The translations under genes were made by a program, and so were the position numbers. From positions 3,658,001 through 3,722,000 of the forward strand of contig JAYWIR010000015.1 of the NCBI GenBank assembly GCA_036172245.1: a DNA stretch of 64,000 bases, given 5' to 3'. A model generated the notes under the pieces. That model worked only from the letters and a program-made list of their open reading frames with translations, made no database searches and had not been told where the DNA came from. Below, in pieces: positions 58,733-64,000 of the stretch. This DNA is from Raillietiella orientalis. Its lineage: Eukaryota. Numbering within the stretch: position 1 is the stretch's first letter; each line of letters opens with the position of its first letter.

Positions 58733-59066
58733 CACCCTTTGGAAGAGACGAGTGCGTATTAAGAATACACGCGTGCGTGCGAGTGAGTATACCGAATGTT
58801 GATATGTGGAAAAGCCCTTGACGTGATGCCGCGTTCCTTACGATGAGTTCTTTCTTTCCTATCGACCTTTGCAGCGTACAGAGGGATAGCAAGCCGTCGC
58901 TGGCATGAGAACTCACCATAAGCCGATTTTCGATGTCTTTCAGCTGAAGTGACATCACTTTGATGTCTTTGTTCATATGTTGAGTGAATGCTTCGACTAC
59001 TTTATCTCTCTCGGCCATCTTGGAATCAATCCTGTTCCTGACGTTGTTCAGCGACGGCTGCAGCGT
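13637..59066 (-). CDS. DNAH6: Axonemal inner-arm dynein heavy chain, DNAH6-like; 58 exons in window, 5'-truncated by the window edge
   Basis: Spliced ORF of 3354 aa with domains in order: tail/linker ([20 protein letters not shown]), AAA1 GPAGTGKT + [12 protein letters not shown]2 [11 protein letters not shown]3 GNTGVGKS, AAA4 GVDGLGKQ, stalk/MTBD, AAA5 [11 protein letters not shown]6 [12 protein letters not shown], and C-terminus [14 protein letters not shown]...LLTQLED*. Collinear with remembered vertebrate DNAH6; all splice phases consistent. Confidence 0.95.
15805..15946 (-). CDS. DNAH6: DNAH6-like exon 57
   Basis: [19 protein letters not shown]. Confidence 0.93.
16020..16211 (-). CDS. 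DNAH6: DNAH6-like exon 56
   Basis: [23 protein letters not shown]...PIDRLRF. Confidence 0.94.
16331..16423 (-). CDS. DNAH6: DNAH6-like exon 55
   Basis: VPKSW...[10 protein letters not shown]. Confidence 0.93.
16471..16650 (-). CDS. DNAH6: DNAH6-like exon 54
   Basis: [13 protein letters not shown]...AIKGL..MS...LLNNQ. Confidence 0.93.
18311..18481 (-). CDS. DNAH6: DNAH6-like exon 53
   Basis: [17 protein letters not shown]...KELFE. Confidence 0.9.
19732..19865 (-). CDS. DNAH6: DNAH6-like exon 52
   Basis: YSDSGTYY...[21 protein letters not shown]. Confidence 0.9.
19914..20012 (-). CDS. DNAH6: DNAH6-like exon 51
   Basis: [18 protein letters not shown]; 3' boundary could shift by a few nt. 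Confidence 0.88.
20075..20275 (-). CDS. DNAH6: DNAH6-like exon 50
   Basis: [22 protein letters not shown]. Confidence 0.94.
20336..20561 (-). CDS. DNAH6: DNAH6-like exon 49
   Basis: NCHLAASWM...FRLFLSSMP...[13 protein letters not shown]. Confidence 0.94.
20642..20843 (-). CDS. DNAH6: DNAH6-like exon 48 (AAA6)
   Basis: [13 protein letters not shown]...ISLGQGQG...WVFLQ. Confidence 0.95.
20896..20978 (-). CDS. DNAH6: DNAH6-like exon 47
   Basis: [14 protein letters not shown]...DLPSL. Confidence 0.9.
21028..21147 (-). CDS. DNAH6: DNAH6-like exon 46
   Basis: [20 protein letters not shown] acceptor. Confidence 0.87.
21208..21360 (-). CDS. DNAH6: DNAH6-like exon 45
   Basis: DWLSDIQW...VIKIGEFSM. 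Confidence 0.85.
21500..22900 (-). mobile_element. Ty3/Gypsy pol relic inside dynein intron 44
   Basis: SPGALQ (RT), [22 protein letters not shown] (cf. PVL...DP.K...TDAS), [10 protein letters not shown] (cf. QIEKELLAI), VQRWSPKL (cf. LQRW.L.L). Confidence 0.65.
24493..24732 (-). CDS. DNAH6: DNAH6-like exon 44
   Basis: [19 protein letters not shown]...[11 protein letters not shown] acceptor. Confidence 0.93.
24872..25051 (-). CDS. DNAH6: DNAH6-like exon 43
   Basis: [13 protein letters not shown]...IDPMYQYSL. Confidence 0.95.
25160..25340 (-). CDS. DNAH6: DNAH6-like exon 42
   Basis: [11 protein letters not shown]...EDRIL...GNILD...LIDTL. Confidence 0.94.
25445..25617 (-). CDS. DNAH6: DNAH6-like exon 41
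   Basis: [16 protein letters not shown]...NFTV...GLEEQLL. Confidence 0.95.
25665..25850 (-). CDS. DNAH6: DNAH6-like exon 40
   Basis: AHRWILNME...[15 protein letters not shown]. Confidence 0.92.
25917..26219 (-). CDS. DNAH6: DNAH6-like exon 39 (AAA5)
   Basis: [11 protein letters not shown]...GLPRD...[10 protein letters not shown]. Confidence 0.95.
26477..26714 (-). CDS. DNAH6: DNAH6-like exon 38 (stalk CC2)
   Basis: [19 protein letters not shown]. Confidence 0.93.
26839..27084 (-). CDS. DNAH6: DNAH6-like exon 37 (MTBD)
   Basis: DWATAKQIL...[17 protein letters not shown] acceptor. Confidence 0.93.
27138..27334 (-). CDS. DNAH6: DNAH6-like exon 36 (stalk/MTBD)
   Basis: [15 protein letters not shown]...[15 protein letters not shown]. 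Confidence 0.93.
27422..27598 (-). CDS. DNAH6: DNAH6-like exon 35 (stalk CC1)
   Basis: [12 protein letters not shown]...LEPEL. Confidence 0.93.
27658..27819 (-). CDS. DNAH6: DNAH6-like exon 34
   Basis: [14 protein letters not shown]. Confidence 0.94.
28375..28546 (-). CDS. DNAH6: DNAH6-like exon 33
   Basis: [20 protein letters not shown]. Confidence 0.94.
28621..28804 (-). CDS. DNAH6: DNAH6-like exon 32
   Basis: GEIPDL...[12 protein letters not shown]. Confidence 0.92.
28892..29064 (-). CDS. DNAH6: DNAH6-like exon 31
   Basis: CFQVEL...FREDLK...VFLFTD...[11 protein letters not shown]; followed by a GC donor. Confidence 0.92.
29138..29328 (-). CDS. DNAH6: DNAH6-like exon 30 (AAA4 P-loop)
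   Basis: EYLLEYN...RIARIL...[20 protein letters not shown]. Confidence 0.95.
30015..30258 (-). CDS. DNAH6: DNAH6-like exon 29
   Basis: [11 protein letters not shown]...ILFGDF. Confidence 0.94.
30321..30544 (-). CDS. DNAH6: DNAH6-like exon 28
   Basis: [17 protein letters not shown]. Confidence 0.95.
30604..30796 (-). CDS. DNAH6: DNAH6-like exon 27
   Basis: GGFFDRK...GGGRN...PRLVRHF. Confidence 0.95.
30871..31123 (-). CDS. DNAH6: DNAH6-like exon 26 (AAA3)
   Basis: GVGKS...FFIDDLNMP...[10 protein letters not shown]. Confidence 0.95.
31182..31393 (-). CDS. DNAH6: DNAH6-like exon 25
   Basis: LWERVVPKF...[10 protein letters not shown]...LLVGNTG. Confidence 0.94.
31474..31500. repeat. (TG)n microsatellite
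   Basis: Seen directly. Confidence 0.95.
31650..33050 (+). mobile_element. Probable Ty3/Gypsy gag-pol relic inside dynein intron 24
   Basis: AAVFLTII (gag-like), [11 protein letters not shown] (cf. LLGRDWL after protease), LMTSESS...RYPSWP (RT-like); heavily decayed. Confidence 0.4.
34171..34388 (-). CDS. DNAH6: DNAH6-like exon 24
   Basis: [13 protein letters not shown]...[12 protein letters not shown]. Confidence 0.93.
35050..37450 (-). mobile_element. Ty3/Gypsy pol relic (RT-RNase H-integrase) inside dynein intron 23
   Basis: Ordered motifs [79 protein letters not shown]...C...CQ...EP; LPWS..D...YLVLI. Integrase lies after RNase H, the Gypsy order. Confidence 0.75.
38509..38686 (-). CDS. 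DNAH6: DNAH6-like exon 23
   Basis: [20 protein letters not shown]. Confidence 0.94.
39450..40900 (+). mobile_element. Non-LTR (CR1/L2/Jockey-like) RT relic inside dynein intron 22
   Basis: TALC...W...[13 protein letters not shown] (cf. G......LDLSKAFD), [11 protein letters not shown] (cf. GVPQGS.LGP), VKKREVFGV (cf. V...KYLGV). Confidence 0.5.
41050..41090. repeat. (TG)n microsatellite
   Basis: Seen directly. Confidence 0.95.
43418..43614 (-). CDS. DNAH6: DNAH6-like exon 22
   Basis: [28 protein letters not shown]...ASPATVSR. Confidence 0.95.
43662..43847 (-). CDS. DNAH6: DNAH6-like exon 21
   Basis: VLKDTL...[14 protein letters not shown]...EWREG; AAG acceptor. Confidence 0.93.
43904..44116 (-). 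CDS. DNAH6: DNAH6-like exon 20 (AAA2 P-loop)
   Basis: DIIRDLFPG...[19 protein letters not shown] acceptor. Confidence 0.94.
44179..44317 (-). CDS. DNAH6: DNAH6-like exon 19
   Basis: [14 protein letters not shown]...SNLPKFL; AAG acceptor. Confidence 0.93.
44368..44500 (-). CDS. DNAH6: DNAH6-like exon 18
   Basis: [11 protein letters not shown]...[15 protein letters not shown]. Confidence 0.95.
44685..44830 (-). CDS. DNAH6: DNAH6-like exon 17
   Basis: [10 protein letters not shown]...[23 protein letters not shown]. Confidence 0.96.
46177..46322 (-). CDS. DNAH6: DNAH6-like exon 16 (AAA1 Walker B)
   Basis: [27 protein letters not shown]. Confidence 0.96.
46508..46623 (-). CDS. DNAH6: DNAH6-like exon 15 (AAA1 Walker A)
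   Basis: [20 protein letters not shown]...VVFNCS. Confidence 0.96.
47545..47735 (-). CDS. DNAH6: DNAH6-like exon 14 (start of AAA1)
   Basis: [11 protein letters not shown]...YEYLG...[12 protein letters not shown]. Confidence 0.95.
50275..50411 (-). CDS. DNAH6: DNAH6-like exon 13
   Basis: VLEELALLV...[13 protein letters not shown]; gtaagt donor. Confidence 0.92.
50477..50608 (-). CDS. DNAH6: DNAH6-like exon 12
   Basis: [10 protein letters not shown]...[10 protein letters not shown]. Confidence 0.88.
50667..50813 (-). CDS. DNAH6: DNAH6-like exon 11
   Basis: [19 protein letters not shown]...WPSQ. Confidence 0.92.
51911..52060 (-). CDS. DNAH6: DNAH6-like exon 10
   Basis: [16 protein letters not shown]...MISPEGEQV. 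Confidence 0.93.
52155..52331 (-). CDS. DNAH6: DNAH6-like exon 9
   Basis: VPVALRAA...[22 protein letters not shown]. Confidence 0.94.
52396..52542 (-). CDS. DNAH6: DNAH6-like exon 8
   Basis: [27 protein letters not shown]. Confidence 0.93.
52593..52712 (-). CDS. DNAH6: DNAH6-like exon 7
   Basis: [23 protein letters not shown]...FSKNL. Confidence 0.9.
52766..52858 (-). CDS. DNAH6: DNAH6-like exon 6
   Basis: [10 protein letters not shown]...[10 protein letters not shown]. Confidence 0.9.
53037..53243 (-). CDS. DNAH6: DNAH6-like exon 5
   Basis: [17 protein letters not shown]...[13 protein letters not shown]. Confidence 0.92.
53293..53406 (-). CDS. DNAH6: DNAH6-like exon 4
   Basis: MAEVVNTCF...LPPNDVL...MKEK. 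Confidence 0.9.
54016..54159 (-). CDS. DNAH6: DNAH6-like exon 3
   Basis: [12 protein letters not shown]...KRLLWD...VNPDE. Confidence 0.88.
54331..54459 (-). CDS. DNAH6: DNAH6-like exon 2
   Basis: cag|[15 protein letters not shown]...FQKAVK|gtacgc. Confidence 0.88.
57950..58450 (+). mobile_element. Tc1/mariner transposase relic inside dynein intron 1
   Basis: ENVLRDE (cf. VLFSDE), [13 protein letters not shown] (cf. PTVKHGGGSVMVW), LRDCAPS (cf. QQDNAPxH), LLPIVN (cf. LNPIEN) in correct order across frames. Confidence 0.5.
58686..58729. repeat. (CT)n microsatellite
   Basis: Seen directly. Confidence 0.95.
58917..59066 (-). CDS. DNAH6: DNAH6-like exon 1 of 58 in window (tail)
   Basis: tag|[16 protein letters not shown]...ENRLM|gtgagt; phase 0/0. 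Confidence 0.85.
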
Positions 59067-59164
59067 CTAAGCGGGATGAAAGGTTCAGCTCAGTTCAGTT
59101 CGTCGAAAGTACAAGCGGACACCAGCGGAGTAAGGAAATGAAGAGGGTTCGCTCTTCCACACAA

Positions 59165-59206
59165 ACGTGACCACGAATGCATGCGTGCATGCATTCGTGG
59201 TCACGT
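59165..59206. repeat. Inverted repeat, 20-bp perfect arms with 2-nt spacer
   Basis: acgtgaccacgaatgcatgc-gt-gcatgcattcgtggtcacgt. Confidence 0.95.
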
Positions 59207-59768
59207 GCATAAGTGACTATTCGGCGCTATTGCTATTGAGAGTTGATGATGATTCACGGTGAGCGGCGCGCTTCCGAGAGGAGAGGAAGATCGAAACGCA
59301 AATCGGACTTTTCTTCCTTTCCATCTTTGCCTTTCTTTTTCGCAAGCGCTTTCGCGGACGGGCAGGATGGAGCTTATCCTGCGTTGGATTGGAACCCCAG
59401 GAACGCATCCGATTCATCCGAGATCCCTTTGACGAAAGCATCGGAGGGCGAGGGCTTCTCTTGAGCGTGCGTTCTGAGCTTCTCCCGGGGAGGGGCGCGG
59501 GTTCGGTTGAGATCGGGAAGAAAACATTCAGTTTGTCGCCGTGTTGATTTCAACGGAAGCAACTCTCGGTTGCCGCGAAACGAACGTTTTCTGCCTCTGC
59601 TGGACAAACGCATCATCCGTACGTGGAGGGCAGCGAATGGCGTGGATACGATCATCAACGAATGGTATCGTTTTCATGATCCGGGCCGGTTGCGGAATCC
59701 AAGCGCTCCCTGATCCCGCAGCCACAAAGTCCATGCAATTGAATTAAAATTCCAAGGCGAAAGCCACG

Positions 59769-59770
<2 letters not shown>

Positions 59771-59814
<44 letters not shown>
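59771..59814 (+). repeat. Poly(A) tract, 44 nt
   Basis: Seen directly; ATTAAA at 59743-59748. Confidence 0.95.
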
Positions 59815-59816
<2 letters not shown>

Positions 59817-60489
59817 TGCAGCGGAGGAGGACTGACCGGGAAACCTCAGAGTCATAAACACGAAAGCAGCGGCATCCGGATCAGCATCTCGTTTTGGAAT
59901 CCAAAAGGAGGCAAAGGGGAAGAAAGAAACGAAACTCTTTCGCACTTGAAACTGGAAGGAAAAAGAAAAGAAAAAAAAAAAAGGAAGGGGGGGGGGGGGG
60001 AAGGGAGGGAGAGAGAGAGAAAGAAGAAGAAGAAGAAGAAAATAAAAAACCAGAAAAGACGCATGCCATGCGTGCTCAGAGCGTGCAGTCTTCTGCGTCT
60101 TTTGATTCGTCTTCCACGTAAACTGCAACTGTATATTTTAGAAAAAGTGCTTGCATTCGCTTGAAGTCCTGTTCGCCTTTGACCGGAGGGGGAACTGTTC
60201 AAAAGCAACGCTTTGGGAGCATTTTCTTTTTCTTTTTTTTTTTTCTCGAAAAAATGAAACACTTTGCAAAGGAGACAGATAGATAGAAAGGCACTGCTTT
60301 CTCCCGTTTTCCGTCTGCTTTCACTTTTGATGCTCGTGGCAACGAGTGGGTAACGAGAAAAGGAAAAAAAAAAAAAAAAAAAAAACAAGGAAGAAAGAAC
60401 ACACTTGCGCGTCCATCCATGTTTTGTTTTGTTTTGTTTTTATTTTTGTTTTTTTTGGGGGGGAGGGGGGATGCACGCATTACATCGCT

Positions 60490-60800
60490 CAACCCTAATA
60501 GGAAGGGAAATGCAAGCGCTGGCCCACGTCTCCTTTAAGCCTTTAGGATGGCGTACCAAAGTGGGAGCCAAGTGGTTCTCAGACTTTTGCCGTTCAGCGC
60601 TGTTGTCGCACATCCCCTCCTCCACCAATAAAGCTGTAGGGAAGCAGAGGAACAAGAGGAGGATACCCACTTGTATCAGCATGCGTGAGGGATACGAAGG
60701 GGCGAAGTGGACCCCGCATAACGCGACAGTGCCCTCGCGCAAGGCGGTGCGTCACGACCCGGACGACACTGTGGCTAAATTTTCAATTTGTGCTGTTGGC
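60490..60800 (+). mobile_element. Possible pogo/Tigger (CENP-B HTH) transposase relic
   Basis: EMQALA...KVGAKWFSDFCR..LLS resembles IRxLA...GxxWxxxFxxRHxxLS; single motif only. Confidence 0.3.
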
Positions 60801-63373
60801 AAAGGGTATCCACGTTCTTTTCCTTGTTTTTAAAGAAAAAAGAAAGAAAGAAAGGAACACGAACACTTGAGCTAAGCAGGTTGAATCTCTGGGCAAAGAG
60901 AATCATGGAGACGAGCCTGCAGAATGGCTTCAATTGGTCGAATGCCAACAAAAGTCTAAAGGCTTTCTTTTGTCTTTACTGCAAGTTAAAATAAGTAACT
61001 TTTCGCTTTCATCCATCCATTCACTTTTTTTCTTTCCCATTCTGCAGTGAAATGATGCATCTCCTGCTGCCGTTAGGCTTTTGAGCCGCGTTTCACGTCT
61101 TCCGTGAGTGGGTTAGCGCGTGGGTTCGCCACCCATGCACGTAGGGCTGCTCGTGACACGCGGAGCGCATCATCCGCTTGAGGCCTACTCGCCGTGCTCG
61201 AGTTTCTATCGAACGAAACGGGGGACCCCACCCTGCGGCTAACAGGCGTGGCTTGATCAGCTTCGCTGCCGGGCTTTGGGAAATTTCCGCCTTAGGGACA
61301 GCAGCACAGGGTCAGAGGGTGGCGGTGGCTGCCGCAGGCAGCGCTTCCGTTTTGTCTCCCTTCCGGTTGGTGGGTGGGGTGGATGCTCCCTCGAATGAAT
61401 GTGCGCCGTCTCGGCTGCAGCCGAGACTGGGCTTCAGCGTCGCGTCGCTAGGATTCGAACTCGGGCAGCCATTCGACCTTGCTGTCGCGAGATTCGGAAT
61501 GACCCGGAAAGACGGAAAGCTCGTTTCGCGGGTTTCGGAAGAGGAAACGAACGGTCCTGGAGGAAAGCAGATGGAATTCGTTCCGAGGGCGGCCAGCAGT
61601 TGTGTCTGCCTTTTCCCCTGTGGTTAATTCTGGAAGATTTTCTTCCCCTTCTTGTCGCCTTTTCTGCCCTTCGTCTGGGAGCGCGTAGCTTTGCGTGCTC
61701 GTAGCTTCCGTTTTCCGCACTCAGCTCTCTCCTCCTCCTCCCCTTCCTCGTCCCTCCTCCCTGCCCCGACCGGCAACGGGGATCCGCCAACAGTCCCTCG
61801 CGTTTTCAAGCAGCCAATACCGTTCTTCGAGGATGACCTAGCTAGGAGGCACAGCTCTTCCCCCAGGTTCGGGGGTGCGTTAGACACGGACATCGGATCT
61901 TCTTTCCGAAAGGCAAAAAATACCGAGGCGGTTGTGCGCCTTCGGGCATCCAGGCGTGGACGCGAGTCCAGATCTCGCTATCGACTCGCAGTGTTTCGCC
62001 AGCAGTTCCAGGACCTCCAGGAAAAAGCAGGTCGCTTGAACGCCTCGCAGGATGTCGGAATCCGGAGTTGGCGCCCCGAACGGCGTACTCGCGTTCCTCC
62101 TCGGGTTTTAGACCCCACTCCCCCTTGAGTGCCCCGTCCTCCTCACGTTTTCGCTGCCGGGACTCGGTCACTCGCCTGAATACTCGCCCTCCCTGCCCTC
62201 TCCGTGCTGGACAGCGGGAAGCGCAGAGGAATTCGGCTGAGACTCTCATTGGCTTACCTGGAAAGCCAGCATGTTTTCGGGAGGGATGGGGACGTGGAAT
62301 CTTTCCACAATCTCGTACATCTCTCCCAGGACATCCCCTTCGCTTTCCATCTTGTCAACCTGGAATCAGCAAGCGTTCGTGATGTTTAATCGATGGGAAC
62401 GTGCTGCGGTCATCGTGCAGACTCGCGCTCTCGCAACAGGCCTCTTCCGGCTGGCGTTTCCTCGATGCGGGATAGAGAGGCACGCGCGAAAGAAAATTTC
62501 CTGAACCACGCCACCCCGTGGTTCCGAGGAAGAAACAAAAAAAAAATCGCGGCGGAGTCTCTCCGGTCTCGCTGAATTCCTCGGAACGGCCGAATCCCGA
62601 CCGAACTCGAAACCAGAGCGAATTCCGTCAGGGAAGCAATGACCGATGTGGCCACAACAGAGGGAGGGGTGGAGGGTGGCCCTTTCTCCTCCCCCCCCCC
62701 CCCTTGGCAAGCAAGAAGAAGCAGAAAGAATAAGTTCGAAGGCAGGAAAGTTCGCTTGACGCTCGTGCCCCTTCGTCTGGCGTTCGGGAGGGATTTGGCA
62801 AGGGTAGAGGAAATCCGATATGGGCTCGCTCGCAGACTGTTCGGTAGCGACTGCTCCGAAGATGCGAAGGAGGAGCCCCAACGAAGGTGCTCTCCCCTCC
62901 CCCCCCCCCCCCTCCACGTCGACGCATCCCTCGGAAGAGCGCGCGTGGAAGGGGAGTGAGCATCCTCGTGATGTGCAGCGGAGCGCAGCTCGCTCGGGAA
63001 CGCGAGTGGATCCCGCTTTGTCATCATGCAGCGCTCTGGAACGAATGGTTCCGTGTGGAGGAGATTCGGCTATTCGTGCAAGCTGGGGGACGGGGTAGGG
63101 ATGCGAGCTGGTATCAGTGCAGCGTAATTCATCAGTCAGACGGCAACCTGCAGAAAGTGGAGAGACTTTATCCGTGCGTGCTGCCCGGAGGTCTCCAGGA
63201 ACCGAACAGGTTTCGATCCAAGCTGCAACCGAACTCGAGCTCTCGTTGAGCACGGTATGGGAGGGCCGGCCAGGGAGATGCGCTTCCGCCGCACCAAGGA
63301 AGAGAGCTGCTTCCCGTAAATAAAGCAAAGTGCATCTCGGGAGGGGGCGGATGAAACTTTTTAGGAGAAACGA

Positions 63374-63886
63374 TCAGCAGCAGCAGCAGCAGCAACAAGC
63401 GAAAGGAAACGATGGGCGCCCTCCGTGGAACAAACATGGATTCTTATCAAAAGAATCCGGAAATTGCACCGGGCCCTCTTTATGCACCGGGGGAGATGTC
63501 CTTTTCTTTTTTTCCTCGCATCTCAACTCGGGATCGCCACTTCGTTTGGAGTTCCTTGGGATGACGTAGCAGCGCAAGCAAAGAACAAATTGGAGAAGAT
63601 TCGACCGAAAAAGCCGTAACCGCAGAGAGCAAAGCCCTAAAAGGCAGGCACAGGGAAAAGGAAAGTGGGACCCGCAGATTATGTGTGGACGAACGTGCAC
63701 TGATACAACGGGAAGGAGATTCGAACCGAAGAGGAAAGAGTTTTCTTCTTCTTTTTCCACGAATTTAAATGCAGATATCTGTTGTTCACGATAACGTTCA
63801 ATGAACGGCTTCGCCGAAGCAAACACTCCGCTACGAACTCCTGGATCGCCGGTTCGACTTTCCTTCTGGATCAGTATTCGTTTCAT
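63374..63886 (-). mobile_element. Possible Penelope-like RT relic
   Basis: LIQKESRTGDP (cf. YxQxxGxxMGSP), PFIERY (cf. RYVDD), FKFVEKEEENSFLF (cf. KFTxExExxNxLPFLD), VHVRPHIICGSH (cf. VYRKPTHT). Confidence 0.4.
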
Positions 63887-64000
63887 CTGATGCCTGCAGC
63901 TGATCAGTGAATCATGATGCCTGAGTCACTGAATCATGAGTGATTCGGACGACTCATCAGGTAACTCAACCACGGAATCTCGTCAGCGACCGATTGGAGG

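Noticed and set aside
13637..59066. Possibility that the dynein is a frameshifted pseudogene or uses recoding or non-canonical splicing
   Set aside because: Every frame change in the ORF track is resolved by a short GT-AG intron (one GC-AG), and the spliced length is a multiple of three with no internal stop.
61652..62128. 158-aa + strand ORF with a gag-like phrase (RLAVFRQQFQDLQE)
   Set aside because: A single weak motif is not enough to call either a gene or an element.
59067..64000. Further upstream dynein exons
   Set aside because: No segment resembling the DNAH6 tail with matching splice sites was recognisable. This is probably one long intron, although a short divergent exon could have been missed.

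Overview
This is eukaryotic, almost certainly animal, genomic DNA. It is dominated by one minus-strand, intron-rich gene for an axonemal inner-arm dynein heavy chain most similar to DNAH6 (Drosophila Dhc16F type). I traced 58 coding exons by hand from 59066 down to the stop codon at 13637. Together they give 10,065 nt, or 3354 aa plus stop, in one uninterrupted frame with every intron phase compatible. The N-terminal tail (roughly 750 aa by comparison with remembered DNAH6 sequences) lies beyond the window end. Of the 57 introns, 56 are GT-AG and 1 is GC-AG. 24 are only 47-66 nt, and the multi-kb ones hold decayed transposons. Downstream of the gene (1-13 kb) are heavily decayed DIRS-type (tyrosine-recombinase) retrotransposon fragments, a duplicated ~380-bp unit with ~43-bp internal repeats, and an L1/Tx1-like LINE relic. 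The most notable oddities are a candidate small, basic, Arg-rich two-exon gene nested antisense in the first visible intron, sharp GC3 differences between exon blocks, foreshortened transposon relics, tiny introns lacking pyrimidine tracts, and a 42-bp near-perfect palindrome. All family assignments come from motif recognition by eye, not database searches. I found no evidence for a prokaryotic-type system, CRISPR array or RNA gene.
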